A DNA stretch of 64,000 nucleotides from the human T2T-CHM13v2.0 reference genome, Homo sapiens. Below, one piece after another: positions 1 to 16,846 of this stretch. The first letter of the stretch is position 1. Every line of letters starts with the position of its first letter. The translations under genes were made by a program, and so were the position numbers. Where the stretch lies: the NCBI RefSeq assembly GCF_009914755.1, contig NC_060930.1; one strand, 5' to 3'. Under the pieces are notes generated by a model. The model did no database searches and was not told the origin of the DNA. It saw only the letters and a program-made list of their open reading frames with translations.

Positions 1-279
1 TGGATGAATGCAGAATTTAAATCTAGTGTCTGAAGAGCCTTTATTAACCATCATGTGAGCGTGTCCCTGGTTGCCCACTATCAAAGAAGTGACACTACTG
101 AACTATAAACATCAATTTTACATCCAACAGAAGATATACCACGTTCTTGACCTCCTTATAATCCCATAAAGCCCAGTTTCCTTGAAAGCCAGATTAAAAC
201 AGTTCACTGAGCATGTGCCACCATATCTCGCAATTACTATTTCTTTTAAAGCCAGGCATGATCCCATATCTTTAAGAAA

Positions 280-892
280 TTTATTTGATAGCAGTCTTAT
301 GCTTATTTATTTGATAGCAGTCTTATGCTTATTTGATAGCAGTCAGTTCTAATTTATTTGATAGCAGTCTTATGCATATTTGATATTTATTTGGCTTATT
401 TATTTATGCTTATTTGATATTTATTTGATAGCAGTCTTATGCTTATTTGATATTTACTTATTTATGCTTATTTGATATTTATTTTATTTGATAGCAGTCT
501 TATGCTTATTCGATATTTATTTATTTTGCTTATGTATTTGCTTATTTATTTGTGCTTGTTTGATATTTATCTATTTTATTTATAGCAGTCTTATGCTTAT
601 TTGATAGCAGTCAGTTCTAATTTATTTGATAGCAGTCTTACGCATATTTGATATTTATTTGGCTTATTTATTTATGCTTATTTGATATTTATTTGATAGC
701 AGTCTTATGCTTATTTGATATTTATTTACTTATTTATGCTTATTTGATATTTATTTTATTTGATAGCAGTCTTATGCTTATTTGATATTTATTTATTTTG
801 CTTATGTATTTGCTTATTTATTTGTGCTTGTTTGATATTTATCTATTTTATTTATAGCAGTCTTATGCTTATTTGATAGCAGTCAGCTCTAA
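280..892. repeat. AT-rich tandem repeat built on TTATTTGATAGCAGTCTTATGC with a ~270-bp higher-order period
   Basis: AGTCAG(T/C)TCTAA recurs at 341, 609 and 881, and the intervening blocks are near identical. Confidence 0.9.
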
Positions 893-3847
893 CACAGTTT
901 CTAAGTCACTGAGCATGAAAGTCCATCTCTCCTCGAGAAGTTCCCTCTTTTAGGTAGCAACTGGCAGTGTGAAATAGAAGAGACCTGATGCCTTCAAGAG
1001 TAGATGAGGAACACAGGCACATGCTGCCCTGTCTCCCTGAGAATGACATCATCCTTTTATGCTGTATGATTTTATGCATGTCTGTGTTTTGTTCTTTTTA
1101 AAGGAGACCTGATGACCAGGTTCTGGTCATCTTCAGAGCACTGAAAAAAATGAGTGACAGCAGGTGGCTGTCACATTATCAGGCCAAGAAGGCATCTTCC
1201 TCTTTTTCTAAATAACGTGAGCCAAGGTAATAATGACAGCATTCCAAGAACATCTTCTACTCCCGGGACAACTGCCACTGTACTTCAGGGAGTAACCAAA
1301 ACACCAAGTCCCATCAGTGGGTTTGCTGGGGTGGCAAGCTCTAATGCACAGTACAGTTCTACCAATCTGTCATCAAGTGCCTTCCAATGACATCATCAGC
1401 CCATGAATGTAACAGAACAATTATCTGCCCCGTGACCCCTTCCAAAGAGTTCCCCCTTATTAATTCTGTGTCCTACTTCTCGGCACTAAAATTCAAAGAA
1501 GTTACCTTGCCCTTTGGGTCAACCTTACCAACTTCTCTCAAATAGGCTTTGTAAAATTATGAAACAAACTTCGGAGAAAGATACAAGTCCCACATTCTCC
1601 CTATGCCTAAGGGATCTCAGAGATTGTTTATCAGGCCACCTCGCACTTTAATATAAGCCTGGCCTTAAAAGAAGACTAAATGTTTGTTTTAAGCAGAACT
1701 GGTGCCACAGTAATAAACTTTCAGGGCAGGAGATCAGTTCTCCCTTGTTAGACTGACCCAAGATATTTTGCCAGGTGCAAGCCAGCCTGCCACAAAACAT
1801 CCTAAATCCACCATCCAGTCCCAAAGTGGGTGGGCCATGACACCTTTCTGTTCCTAAGAGGCACTTAGATTTTTAGATTATTTTTTAGATTAATAAAGTT
1901 AATTAAGTTTGATTGCATAAGCCCTACTTCTAAAAATTTGAGGTTTATCTAAATATAGTGATGCAGAGAAATCGTTAAGACAGTATTCAATGTAAAAAGG
2001 AACAGATTCAAACTGTGCAGAAATCCATTTACAAAAAGACAATGATTATGTGCAAATAAGAATAAACATGTATGCAAATGTCTAGGAAGGGTTCCAGAAG
2101 GTGCTGACCCCCAACTCTGGGAAAGGAGAAGGGTATAGCATAAAGGGGACTATCTTTTCCAACCTATCTAGAGTTCTGTTGTTTAAATATTCTTTTACAA
2201 GAAAGTATTTCTGTATTATTTGACAAATAAAAATGAAATCTACAGGCAACGGAAAGATAATGGGGGGAAGGGTGAATATATGAAAGTAAATCACATTCCA
2301 TAGCTCTTGAATGTTTAATCAGAGATGATTTTCCACTAATATTCCTGTGATGACCGATTTGCTCCATGAGGATGCATTTCTGCCTGCCACGTTAGAAGCA
2401 GCTGTTTCCTAGCATTCATTATCTGTTTCCTCCAAGGCCAGGAAAACTGAAAGGCAGTTCTGTCTGGTTCCAGAAGCTAAACATGCAAAGCTGCATCCAC
2501 ACCTTTACCCCAGTGGCATCTTGGACGAAGGACAGGAAGTCTCAAACAGAGCCTGCTGTCTTTCTATTTGAGTCTAACCAAAGCATTCTCCCTAACCCTT
2601 CCTCCTGATCACACCTAGGCCACTGAGCCTCTAGGTATCCAATAATCCACACTAGTCACAGCCTGTTCATCATCACGCCAGCCATCATATGCAGACATTT
2701 AACGTTCTTTAACCTGTAAGAAAACAGAAGATCACTGATGCACTCTCGGCAGCCTCTTTCCATTCTGAATCAGGCTGGAGAAGAGGAACAGTGCGAGTAC
2801 ACCTAGTGATTGCTACAACTTGACAGTATGCCACGCACAACCAACTTCACTGCCCAGCACTACCAATGGGCAGAATCCTCTTAGTTTTCTAAATCACTTC
2901 ACCTAGAAGTCCCCTACCCTCACCCCTCATCTGGCTGGCACTTATCCTCGAAAACCATCCTCAAGCAACTGTCTTTAAAAAAAAAACGAAACAAAACAAA
3001 AAACACTTTACTGCTTTTTGTGGAGCATGGCCAACCCCTAGGCAGGACACAGAGTCAGCCTTATTATTTTTTATTTTTAAAATACTTTACTGCTCCTTGT
3101 GGAGCACCAACAACTCTCTAACTCACTCAATCTCCCTCTCTCCCTCTCTCTCTCATTCATTTGTGCTCCTCTGAACAGTTCCTAGACCTGTAAGTACATC
3201 TGAATGCATCAGATCTTGTTGTGTAATAAATAATGCTGACATTTCTCCTGCTAGACTGAATGCTCCTCACCAGTGGATCCTCCAAACCCAACACTGAGTC
3301 TAGTCCCTCACACAGAAGGTTAATAAGGCTTCTTGATTGGGACTGTACTACAGAACAGGAAAAATGCTAGGATGTGCCACATTATTGCTGGTGGATGGGA
3401 CCTACAAAGCCATAGGTTTTATGGGATCTGGGGAAAGGGGGCCAATCAGAGCAAGATGGAAAAATAGTATAATCACAAACCTTCTGAACTGGGAGTCTAG
3501 AGAATTTGGTTCTAGTCTAGGTCCTGCCACTTAAATCTCTGGGCCACAATGTCATTAACGACAAAATAACTTATTCACACAAAAGAATAAAATATTTGGA
3601 CTGAATGATCGAAGGTCATTATCAACCCTCAAAATTAGACTTAACGATGGAAGAAAAAACATGGAATCCATAGTGCTGAAACCACAGTCCTAGGAAAAAT
3701 GCCTGCTCTTGTTATATAACCAACAGAAGTCAAGAAACATCTTAATATACCTAATACGCAGGCTGTCATCCAGTTCACCAACGTGAACAGGATTTGCATC
3801 TGAGCACTGCCTCATACCCAGTATTTGTTCACTATAAGGATACTCCT

Positions 3848-4394
<547 letters not shown>

Positions 4395-5715
4395 TTAGCT
4401 TCATTCATCATCACTGCTTTCTCAGACACCAAGACTGCCAATTCCACTGAAGGCAGAGCTGCCAATTAGCTTGGATTTTAACTTCTCTTTATGGGAATTT
4501 TTGGTGGATTTTTTCAACTTTTAAGTTCAAAGTACAAGTTTGAAAACTGACAGCATCTAAAATATGATGTACATGAATCATTAATTATGAATCACATCTC
4601 CCTACACAGAGTTCCAAACCTATAATGTTTGGGAGGAGAGGATTGGTCTAGGTATCTTACAAATATCTTTTGAAAAGTACTACTCAACACACAAAAATTA
4701 GACAAATATTAACTTGGAAACTGATCTAGAAGAAATTATATGTGTTTCTAAAGGGTTGGAAAGGGGCTTCTTTGGCGCATACAGAATTTTCCAGTTTTAA
4801 AAGAACTTTTCTACATTAATCACTTACTAAAGCTCTGTTCCAGAAACAGGCACACACTGAATAAAATATAGAAACAGTTTTTTCCCCTGGCTCAAAGATG
4901 CCTTACAAAAAGTCTCCTTCATCTATAAAAGGCAAATCAGGTCAACTTTTAAGTTTTTTATTTAACACCTGCATTTCCCAAAACGCATCAGGTATGAGTC
5001 CTGCTCACCATAAGACCAAATCTGTTCTTAATACGAACAGCGTGATTCACGTCACTCCAGGTTACTCCCTGCAAGGCGCCTCTTTGACACGGTGGGCATC
5101 ATTCTTTCTCCTCGCTGCACAGGCAATCTAAAAGTCCCTTGAGAAGTTTGAGACTTTCTGTGATTTGGAAACTGAAGAAGCAACTCTGGTGACTAAGGAA
5201 CAGGGGTAATCACCGTTCTGGTGGTTGCTTCTGTAAGATCTGCTTCTATAAGTTACTCCCAACAGTGCTTATAGGAGCAGATCTTTCCAAATAACTTCTT
5301 GGCTCCCAAGAAGAACCGGGCTGGTTTCCTTAATTGGGCTTGGCGCGACGGGACACCTTCCATCTGGGGCTGTTCTGCCAGGACAATAACTCACTGGCAT
5401 ACCCACTACATCGTGGACACACCCATGTATTACTGCCACACCCACCAGTTATCAAAAGCAGCAGTAAAGCAGGAAATGTAGTAAGTGTTGGGTATTAACT
5501 ATGGTAAAACAAGAGATATGGCCTTCAAGGGTGTGCCTTTGTGGATGCTTCCCCTCGGCTGTGTAATGCCTACTCTACACGTCAATATCGCCAGCCCTCA
5601 GGTCTCTTTATGCTAGTGGAAGAACTGAGGAAAGACATTTAAGAACTCACTTACCATCACCCCTCGACAGCATGACATTTAAAAAGGTACAACTGTCTTC
5701 TCTTTTCTCTCTCTC

Positions 5716-6518
<803 letters not shown>

Positions 6519-8668
6519 TTCAACACCATTTCATATTAACACACTGCATAAAGGATGTGGGATCCAGTTTTCTCTTTACCATTCCTCTCACCAATGGGCA
6601 GTTTACTATTTATAAAAGGCAGAGTATCCTTGTTTGATTTGAGATTGAAACTACCCCGTTGGAAGATGTGAATTTTTTTTCCAGGATATGCCTGAGTTCT
6701 ATGCAACAAAAGTAGCACCTAGGCTTTATTAAGCACTTAAAATATGGCTGATATTATGATAAATGCTTCACTCACATTATCTCATTTAGCCCTGAAAACA
6801 AATCCTGAAAGTTTAGTAACAGCATGATTCCAAGTTTAAAGATGAGCTAGTTGACTAAACAATGTACATAAATTGGCCAACGTCAGGCAACCATGAGAGG
6901 AGTAAAGGATCCAAACTTGGGCAGCTCCTGAACAGCCCTGGTTCTCCAGTACTGTGTCACCCTGCAGCAGCCACAATGTTTCAGAATGAGGAACGGCCCA
7001 CCCACAAACACACTGATTTATCCAGCCCCAACAGAGACAGGAAGAGACTGTGAATGAATGGACACATGAATACATTTTCTCTCCAGGCAAAATCCCTAAA
7101 AGTAAAACAATTATTCTCTATTGCAGGCAATTAACTACAGGCATGTGCTCCCACCTTTACCCAAAACAGACGCGCTGAAGCCAGAGCCATGGTTTTTATA
7201 GGCTGATTCCAACTTTGTTGGACAAAGAGACTTTAGGGTTTTACCTTCTTCCCTGTCAAATATTTACCAAAGACCTTTATTGCCAGGGCCCTAATTTGAA
7301 CAAACAGATGCCATCCTTGACCATCTCAAGGACAAATGTTAACACTACTATCACTTGACTTTGAGATGAAAATAATTATTTTTAAAAGAGAAAAAAGAAT
7401 GTTAACTACATGAAACAAAAAACAAACCAAACAACTCTAATCTTTACATCTTATCAACAGTATGTCACTCTCACTATAACTTTAGATCTGTAAAGCGCAA
7501 ACAAAACTAGCAATAACAACGATAAGATCTAAACTATGCAATCTGCTTTTATAAGAAAAGTAAGGTAGTCTTATAATGTTTTTATAATGTTATAGTTACA
7601 TAATTACCACCAAAGATGATAATTACCAACCTTAACCCACAAAATTGGTGTGAGATCTTTTGATGACAATTAAGTCATTATAACAGATTGATTTCACATC
7701 ATTTACCACTCCCAGGAAGTCTACCACAGTTTCATTTAACAAGGCAGATTCTTCTTAGATTTCTTCCTGAATTCCTAAGGTTGCTTATGGACATTTGTAC
7801 TTTTTTATTTCTTTGTTATTAGTTACTACTCTTAGGAAATGTTCCTTTTCTCCTTAATTCATGAGAGCATGACTTTAGGAGATGGAATTTCTACAGCATG
7901 ACTGGAACATTACATATCAAGTTAAAGTTCATCTTAAAATCTGAAAATACGAAAAAGATACTAATCCACATGCTATCTTAAGGAAATATTTTTTCAATAT
8001 TCATTCTAGGGATGGATCTTTTTAAAAGATAAAAGAAAAGAAATAAGAACACCCTCAGGATGTGAAAACAATTGATACCAAAAAAAGTTACAAAACACAA
8101 TTTCAAATTGCTAAAATATACAGATGAGGATGCTAAATTCAAAGTTAAAATAACAGCTATCCATGTCCTCCAAGAGATCATATACTCAGAAATCATGACT
8201 GGGGTCAGGGGTGACAGGAGCAGAAAAATTGGGACTTTTTTAAAAAGGTAACTATTAAAAACTTAAAATGTACCTTGTTAAATTACTTTCAAATCACATT
8301 CCACTGAATTCTAACTTTGGACTGTTGAAAATGGAAGCTTTCCCAGAACTGAGTGTACGTTTAACCCCAGGAATGATGCGACAACCTCAACCACATGAAC
8401 AATCTGGAAAATGACACAAAGGGGAGGGCGAGCGGCCACACCCTTCAGAGGTGGGGTTTTGTGGGTTTTGAGTTTTTTTTCATTCTGCCTAATCAATTCC
8501 CATTCATTTCAAGTATAACCTGTGTGTTCTTACAGGGTTCAGGAACTCAGAAATAAATACCCACATGGCTGCTTCTGGATCTGGTACAACAAATATATGA
8601 TTCCCCTGGGCCTGTGTCTGAGATGCTCACTGTATGTATTTTCAAGATTTCGGTGTAAAGTCACCCTA

Positions 8669-8992
<324 letters not shown>

Positions 8993-9789
8993 CTATTGTA
9001 TATTAGCGTATGGGTATAAATACTAATAAATACTAGGTACACTGAAATCGGGGGATGAGGAGTGTTCTGTTGGAAATACTGGATTATATTGTTTATCTTA
9101 CATGTACCCTTCTTTGGGGGCGTGGGGTTAGGGAATCCTAACCCTCAGATGATTGATATTTCTAACCACTTCCAGAGAAAAAATTCCAACCAATGCTATG
9201 CTTTGGCTTATCCCACCAGAGTGAAGTCTCTGAACATATAAAGACTAAATTACATACTAAGCTAGAAACAATTCCTAATCGTTCATCAGCAAGGGGCAGC
9301 AGATCACAGGTGATAACACAGAAAACACCCACACCTCAAGGTGTGACCTCCGGGGAACACTCCCCTCCAAACTTCCGCCGTCTGGGCTCCTCCGCCTTCC
9401 CCCACCCCAGTCTCCCTCCTCTCCATTCATCATGGCTCCCCTTTCCTCTCCCACTCCCTGTCAGCCCAAACTCCCATCTCTTTTTTTTAGCTCAGGTCAA
9501 TGTGTTAGTAGTTTCTTCTTTCTTTAATGAAGAGTTTTTAATGTTTTCTTATGCTTAAAGTCAGCTCAGTTTTACATTTCACAGATCAAAGGAAATAAAT
9601 ACCCAGTAAGTCAAGTTCCTTTTTGCACAGAGCCTTTCAGTGACATTTCCCCTGGAGATCCAGGAGCTTCCCCTACAGTAGGGTGACTGGGCCACTGCAG
9701 GTCTAAAACCCAGTTAGTGCTACATCCCATTAAAGAGAGGACAGTGCCTGCCTGATAGAATTCTGAATCAAATAATGAGCCCTAAAAAA

Positions 9790-9985
9790 TAAATACACAT
9801 GTATGCATATTTATATGTATGTATCTAAGTATATATATCATATGTATTATGCATGTATATATGATATATAATATGCATATGTATCCATGTATTGTGTGTG
9901 TATATACGTATACAATATATCTAATATGTATAATGTATCTATTATATGTGTGCACACACAATACATAGATACAAATACACACACA
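9790..9985. repeat. Degenerate (TA/TG/CA)n low-complexity tract
   Basis: Alternating TATATG/CACA runs. Confidence 0.85.
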
Positions 9986-10260
9986 GTTCCTCCACAAAGG
10001 AAGGCCACGAAAAGATCTTCATTCTTTCCTTGGATCCCACCTGCTTGGAGACTTACAGAGGGGCTTGGTGATCTAACATCCCACTCCCGACTCTCCAGCC
10101 TCATCTATTTCCATTCACCTCACAACAGAGCCACCACATCGGCTTCTTTCAGTGGCTGACAATGTCAAAATGCCATGCTGTCTCTTGCCTCCCAGTTTTC
10201 TGCCAAGAACATTCTCCTGCCCTAGACAGAGCTACCTCCTGCTCATCCTACAAGTCTCTA

Positions 10261-10570
10261 TTTATTTTATTTAAATTTTTTTTTTTTGAGATGGAGTTTT
10301 GCTCTTGTTGCCCAGGCTGGAGTGCAATGGCATGATCTTGGCTCACTGCAACCCTCTGCCTCCCGGGTTCAAGTGATTCTCCTGACTCAGCCTCCTGAGT
10401 AGCTGGGATTACAAGCGCCCGCCACCATGCCCGGCTAATTTTGTATTTTTAGTAGAGATGAGGTTTCTCCATGTTGGTCAGGCTGGTCTTGAACTCCCGA
10501 CATCAGGTGATCCGCCCACCTCGGCCTCCCAAAGTGCTGGGATTACAGGCGTGAGCCACCGCGCCCGGCC
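10261..10570 (-). mobile_element. Alu (AluS-type)
   Basis: Reverse-complement Alu consensus; TSD-like GTCTC(T/A)ATTTA. Confidence 0.95.
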
Positions 10571-11499
10571 CAGGTCTCAATTTAAATGTCTCTTCCTCCA
10601 GGAAGCCTTCTCTTGTGGCGCCCATTCATAACTGCATGAGATACTCCTCCCTCTGCACTTCTATGATGCCCTGTAGTCTAAATGCCTGTTGATTTGTCTG
10701 TATTCCACTTAACTGAAGTCACCAAACAAAGACAGCCCCTGTCTTATTCACTGCACCTAGAAAAGAACTTGACAAACGGTAGGTACTCAATAAACAGCTG
10801 GTGAATTCTATTTCAAGTTGATTGGTTTCTCTCCAGTTGCACCAGTTTTCCTGCTAACAAATGCCTTCCACCTAGGGTCTGTACCAGACATGACATACAT
10901 ATGATTTCATGGCATTCTGAATGTTTCAGATAAATCTTAAAAGATATAAAGGTAAATACTTAATAACAAGGAATTCTTCCAAGGTTTTGGATCTGTCCAT
11001 TACAAATCTTTTCTACTTACATGGGTAATTATAGAATAACACCAAACTCAGAGAGAGAGCTATTTACTCATTTCCTGATCTTCATTTCCAAAACAATGTG
11101 AAAAAAAAAAATGAAGAGATAATTTCTGCTGAATAACTCTTCTCTGTAGAAGCCACCAGTACATAGTCATTCACTAAATGAATGGCATTGTTAGTATTAA
11201 AATAAGGGATTGCATAATCTACAGTGTCCTGTTACCCAGTTCAGGGAGGGCATAACATGTCCCCATTTATCAGATATCTAGTTACCAAACAGCTGATTAC
11301 AGATTTTAAAGGAATTAAAATAAAACGCATTCAGCATCCTGAGAATACAAAGAGCTGTGTGCATTGAGGGAGGTGCTTCACGAGCAGGTGGTTTCTTAGG
11401 ACATCGATTCCTCTCCTCCTGTTTGTTCTTGAATTTACTCATCAGCTGTGTGTCCCACCAACCCACCAAAACCACCCTGTCAAGTTCACCAACCTGCAC

Positions 11500-12912
<1,413 letters not shown>

Positions 12913-13005
12913 AGTGAATAGCAACCTTCTCCAGCCTTAGTGGAAGTGCCAATTAACTGGGCACTTTAGTTAACAGGCAATGGGTGAGGGGAGTTGGAGT
13001 TAGCC

Positions 13006-13378
13006 TGTATTTATCCATTCTCATATTGTTATAAAAAACTACCTGAGACTGGGTAATTTACAGAGAAAAGTTTAGTTGACTCATAGTTCTGCAGGCTTTA
13101 CAGGAGGCATGGCTGGGAGGCCTCAGGAAACTGACAATCATGTCAGAAGGCGAAGGGGAGGCAGGCACACATGGCAGCAGCGGGGAGAGAGCACCAAGAG
13201 GAAAGTGATACACTGTCAAATCAATCAGATCTTGTGAGAACTCACTCACTATCACGAGAACACCTGGGGGACATCTGCCCCCATGATCCAGTCACCTCCC
13301 ACCAGGTCCCTCCTCCAACATTAAGGATCACAGCTCGAGATGAGATTTGAGTGGGGACACAGAGCCAAACCACATCAC
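13006..13378 (-). mobile_element. MaLR solo LTR (MSTA/THE1-like)
   Basis: CCTGAGACTGGGTAATTTA ... GGGGACACAGAGCCAAACCACATCA, reverse of the MaLR LTR consensus. Confidence 0.88.
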
Positions 13379-13493
13379 ACCCCCTAATGTGTTCCAGTGA
13401 CACTGAACTCCACTGAAAGCTTCACTTCCAGAGCTAGCTAGGATTAATAAGAAAGATAAGTGGCATCATTTCAGAATACCAGGTAAATTAATA

Positions 13494-13866
13494 TATCAGT
13501 CTGTTCTCACACTGCTATGACAACATACCTGAGACTGGGCAATTTATAAAGGAAAGAGGTTTAATTGATTCGCAGTTCCACATGGCTGGGGAGGCCTCAG
13601 GAAACTTACAATCGTGGTGGAAGAGGAAGCAAACACATCCTTCTTCATATTAGGTCAAGAAGAAGAATAAGAGGCAAGTGAAGGGGGACGCCCCTTATAA
13701 AACCATCAGATCTTATGAGAACTCACTCACTATCATGAGAATAGCATAGGGGAAACTGTCCCCATGATTCAATAACCTCTCACCAGGGCCCTCCCATGAC
13801 ACGTGGGGATTATGGGAACTACAACTCAAGATGAGATTTGGTTGGGGACACAGCCAAACTGTATCA
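13494..13866 (-). mobile_element. MaLR solo LTR (THE1-like)
   Basis: CCTGAGACTGGGCAATTTATAAAGGAAAGAGG ... GGGGACACAGCCAAACTGTATCA. Confidence 0.88.
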
Positions 13867-14781
13867 ATGGGGTTTGTTTTAATTTTAAAATCAGACATGA
13901 GAAATTAGCAAGTTTTAATAGAACTGTCAAGGAAACAGAACACGGAGAAAGGTAAGTATAAGAAAAATAATTTATAAGAAAAACAATCTACCATTTTATA
14001 GCTAATCCTATTAAGTAAAGGATTTATTAACCTAACCTGAGAGAAGGCATAGAAGAAATCACCTCTACTTCTAAGGGCTTATTGGGCCAATGATGAATAA
14101 GAAAACAGGCCACCCTTCCACCCTCTGCCACCCTCTTCCTTCAGCACCAAACCTTGAAGAGCCCTACACACCCCCGTTCCTTCCCTGTCAGTATTCTATT
14201 CACCCTCTTGCCTTGGCAACCCTAAGGAGGCACAAGTCCCAGGGAAGTGGCTCACCCACCCAAACACCAACTGCAGCCAGTTATGTTAGCCAGAACTGCT
14301 TATCTCTCCAAGCACTGGCCAAGACTTCAGGGATTATGCCAAGATGCATTTTGCATTGATCAGCACTGATTTTAGATCTCCATTGACATGCTGTCCTGTA
14401 GGTCTCTAATCCTCTGATTTTATTTTGTAGTCGATGACTTAGGCTGCATTGTACAGAAATAATTCCGGGTGTCATATTCATGTACATTGCATCATTTCAC
14501 ACTCAAGCTTGAGGACCTGAATTTTAACTAACACTGCCCTATTCTAACACATTTCGCGTGCCAGGCTGCATGATATTTGCACCTCATTACAACATGACAC
14601 AATTAGAATGCTGTAATAAGAGAGGGCACTGCATTTTCTTAAATGTTTGAATCATGGAAGTATCTTTGTTGGTATCAAGGAAGATGTATCATCTACAAAC
14701 TAGAACAGCTTTTGAGATTGGTATCTGTAAATTGTGCTCACTCTTAAACCCACATAGCAGCTCCTTCCCAGAATTCAACAC

Positions 14782-15136
<355 letters not shown>

Positions 15137-16520
15137 TGAGGCACAAAACCTGGACTTAAAGTTCTCCCTCTCACCACTCCCACGTGTATTCAGACCCTGC
15201 CAGGGCGCAGAGTACTCCTGTGTGGCGCCTCTTGCTGCATCCTTCCACCACCTTTCGGTTCTGAGGCCTCTGCTTGAGTTCAGGCCCTTTCAACTCTCAC
15301 CAGGAGACAGGCCCAACAGCCACCTCCTCAACCCTCCCCATTGCCACGGCTCTGTCATCAAGACACCAGCTTTCAAAGCTCTGTATTATATCTCTATTAT
15401 CTAGTGAATTCAGAACAAACTCCCTAAAAGTCAATGTCTCCCAAACTGTGATTCACAGACCACCCCAAAAGACTTACCTGGCCACCTGTTAGACATGCGG
15501 CCGTCACTATACATGACGTTACCAGAATTTCTGGGAGTTAAAGCCAAGAACTCTTTCATCCTGACTAGTGACTCTGATGTCCACTAACAGCTAAGTACCC
15601 ACATCCTAAATCTTGCATTCAAAAGACAAGGCTAGACACATCTGGCTATGATGGACTAACATCTATCAAGCCAACCCCGACAAAACTAAAAAAGAAATAA
15701 AGACGAGCTGGCTGTTTGAAGGTAATAGAGAACAGCAAAGGCAACCAGGACTTGAGGGGTCACAACCCTGGAAAGACATGAAAGTGAATCCAACCTTCTC
15801 TCCCACATTTCCGTTTAAGGCTTTTCTGGTTCCACAGCAGCCCGCAGGAGAGGCCAGGCAGGAAGCAGCCAGGGCTCTGAGTACAGGAGAAGCACCATCT
15901 GATTGCTTTAATAAGAGCAAACAAGAGAATAAAGCCATCTTTCATTCTATCCTCTACAGATAACCAATGTGGGCATTTTGATGTATTTCCTTCTTGTCTT
16001 TTTTAAATATACAGTCATATCATCTCAGAATTTTAATGTATGAGAGCATTAGAACCTAAAAACATGAAGGGACTACCCAAAGGTCAAATAGTCCCCATTA
16101 AATATATTTTAAAATCCACCTTGTCCCATTTACAAGAGCCCAATCATATATTAAAAAGAGAAAAGAAGTAGATACACTATTCTCTAGAATTTTGAGTGGT
16201 AAGATTACAGGTTAAAATTAAGTAGATCAATGCGATTCATAATGCTAATGATGTAAATGTTTTTCCCTCATCCTCAAAACCTTTTATCAGGCCAAACTTA
16301 CCCACCTAAGTGCCTCTAGGGGAGACGTCAGGCTCTAATGCCTCTTGATTCAAACCCTATTTGCTATCTACGCAAGCTCAGACACATCAGGGTTTGGTTT
16401 CCTTAACTCTAAGATGAAGATGATAAAAGCACCCGATATCAAATAAGCATTGTGAAGGCGAAATGAGATAATGCATGGGAAGCCTTAGCAAGAGCCTGGC
16501 CCTTAAAGAATCGTGATAAA

Positions 16521-16846
16521 GGCCAGGCGCGGTGGCTCACTCCTGCAATCCCGGCACTTTGGGAGGCTGAGGCAGGAGGATCGTTTTGAGCTCAGGAATT
16601 TGAAACCAGCCTGGGAAACGGAAACATAATGAGACCTCGTTTCTACTAAAGTTCAAAAAAAAAAAATTAGCCGGGTGTGGTGATGCATGCCTGTGGTTCC
16701 TGCTACTTAGGAGGCTGAGGCAGGAGGATCTCTTGAGCCCCGGAGGTCAAAGCTGCAGTGAGCCCTGAATATGCCACTGCACTCCAGCCTGGGTGACAGA
16801 GGAAGACCCTGTCTCAAAAACGAGAGAAAGAGAGAGAGAGAGAGAA
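16521..16846 (+). mobile_element. Alu (AluJ-type) with GA tail, inserted in a MIR (~16330-16520)
   Basis: Alu consensus; MIR core-like TTGTGAAGGCGAAATGAGATAATGCATG upstream. Confidence 0.88.

Noticed and set aside
280-892. CRISPR-like repeat-spacer appearance
   Set aside because: The spacers are themselves fragments of the repeat, the context is eukaryotic and there are no cas genes.
1111-1131. Perfect hairpin GATGACCAG-GTT-CTGGTCATC (similar 8-bp stem at about 56320-56340)
   Set aside because: Stems of 8-9 bp are expected by chance in 64 kb and are too short for a pre-miRNA.
14140-14156. REST/RE1 half-site TTCAGCACC
   Set aside because: The right half (GGACAG) is absent.
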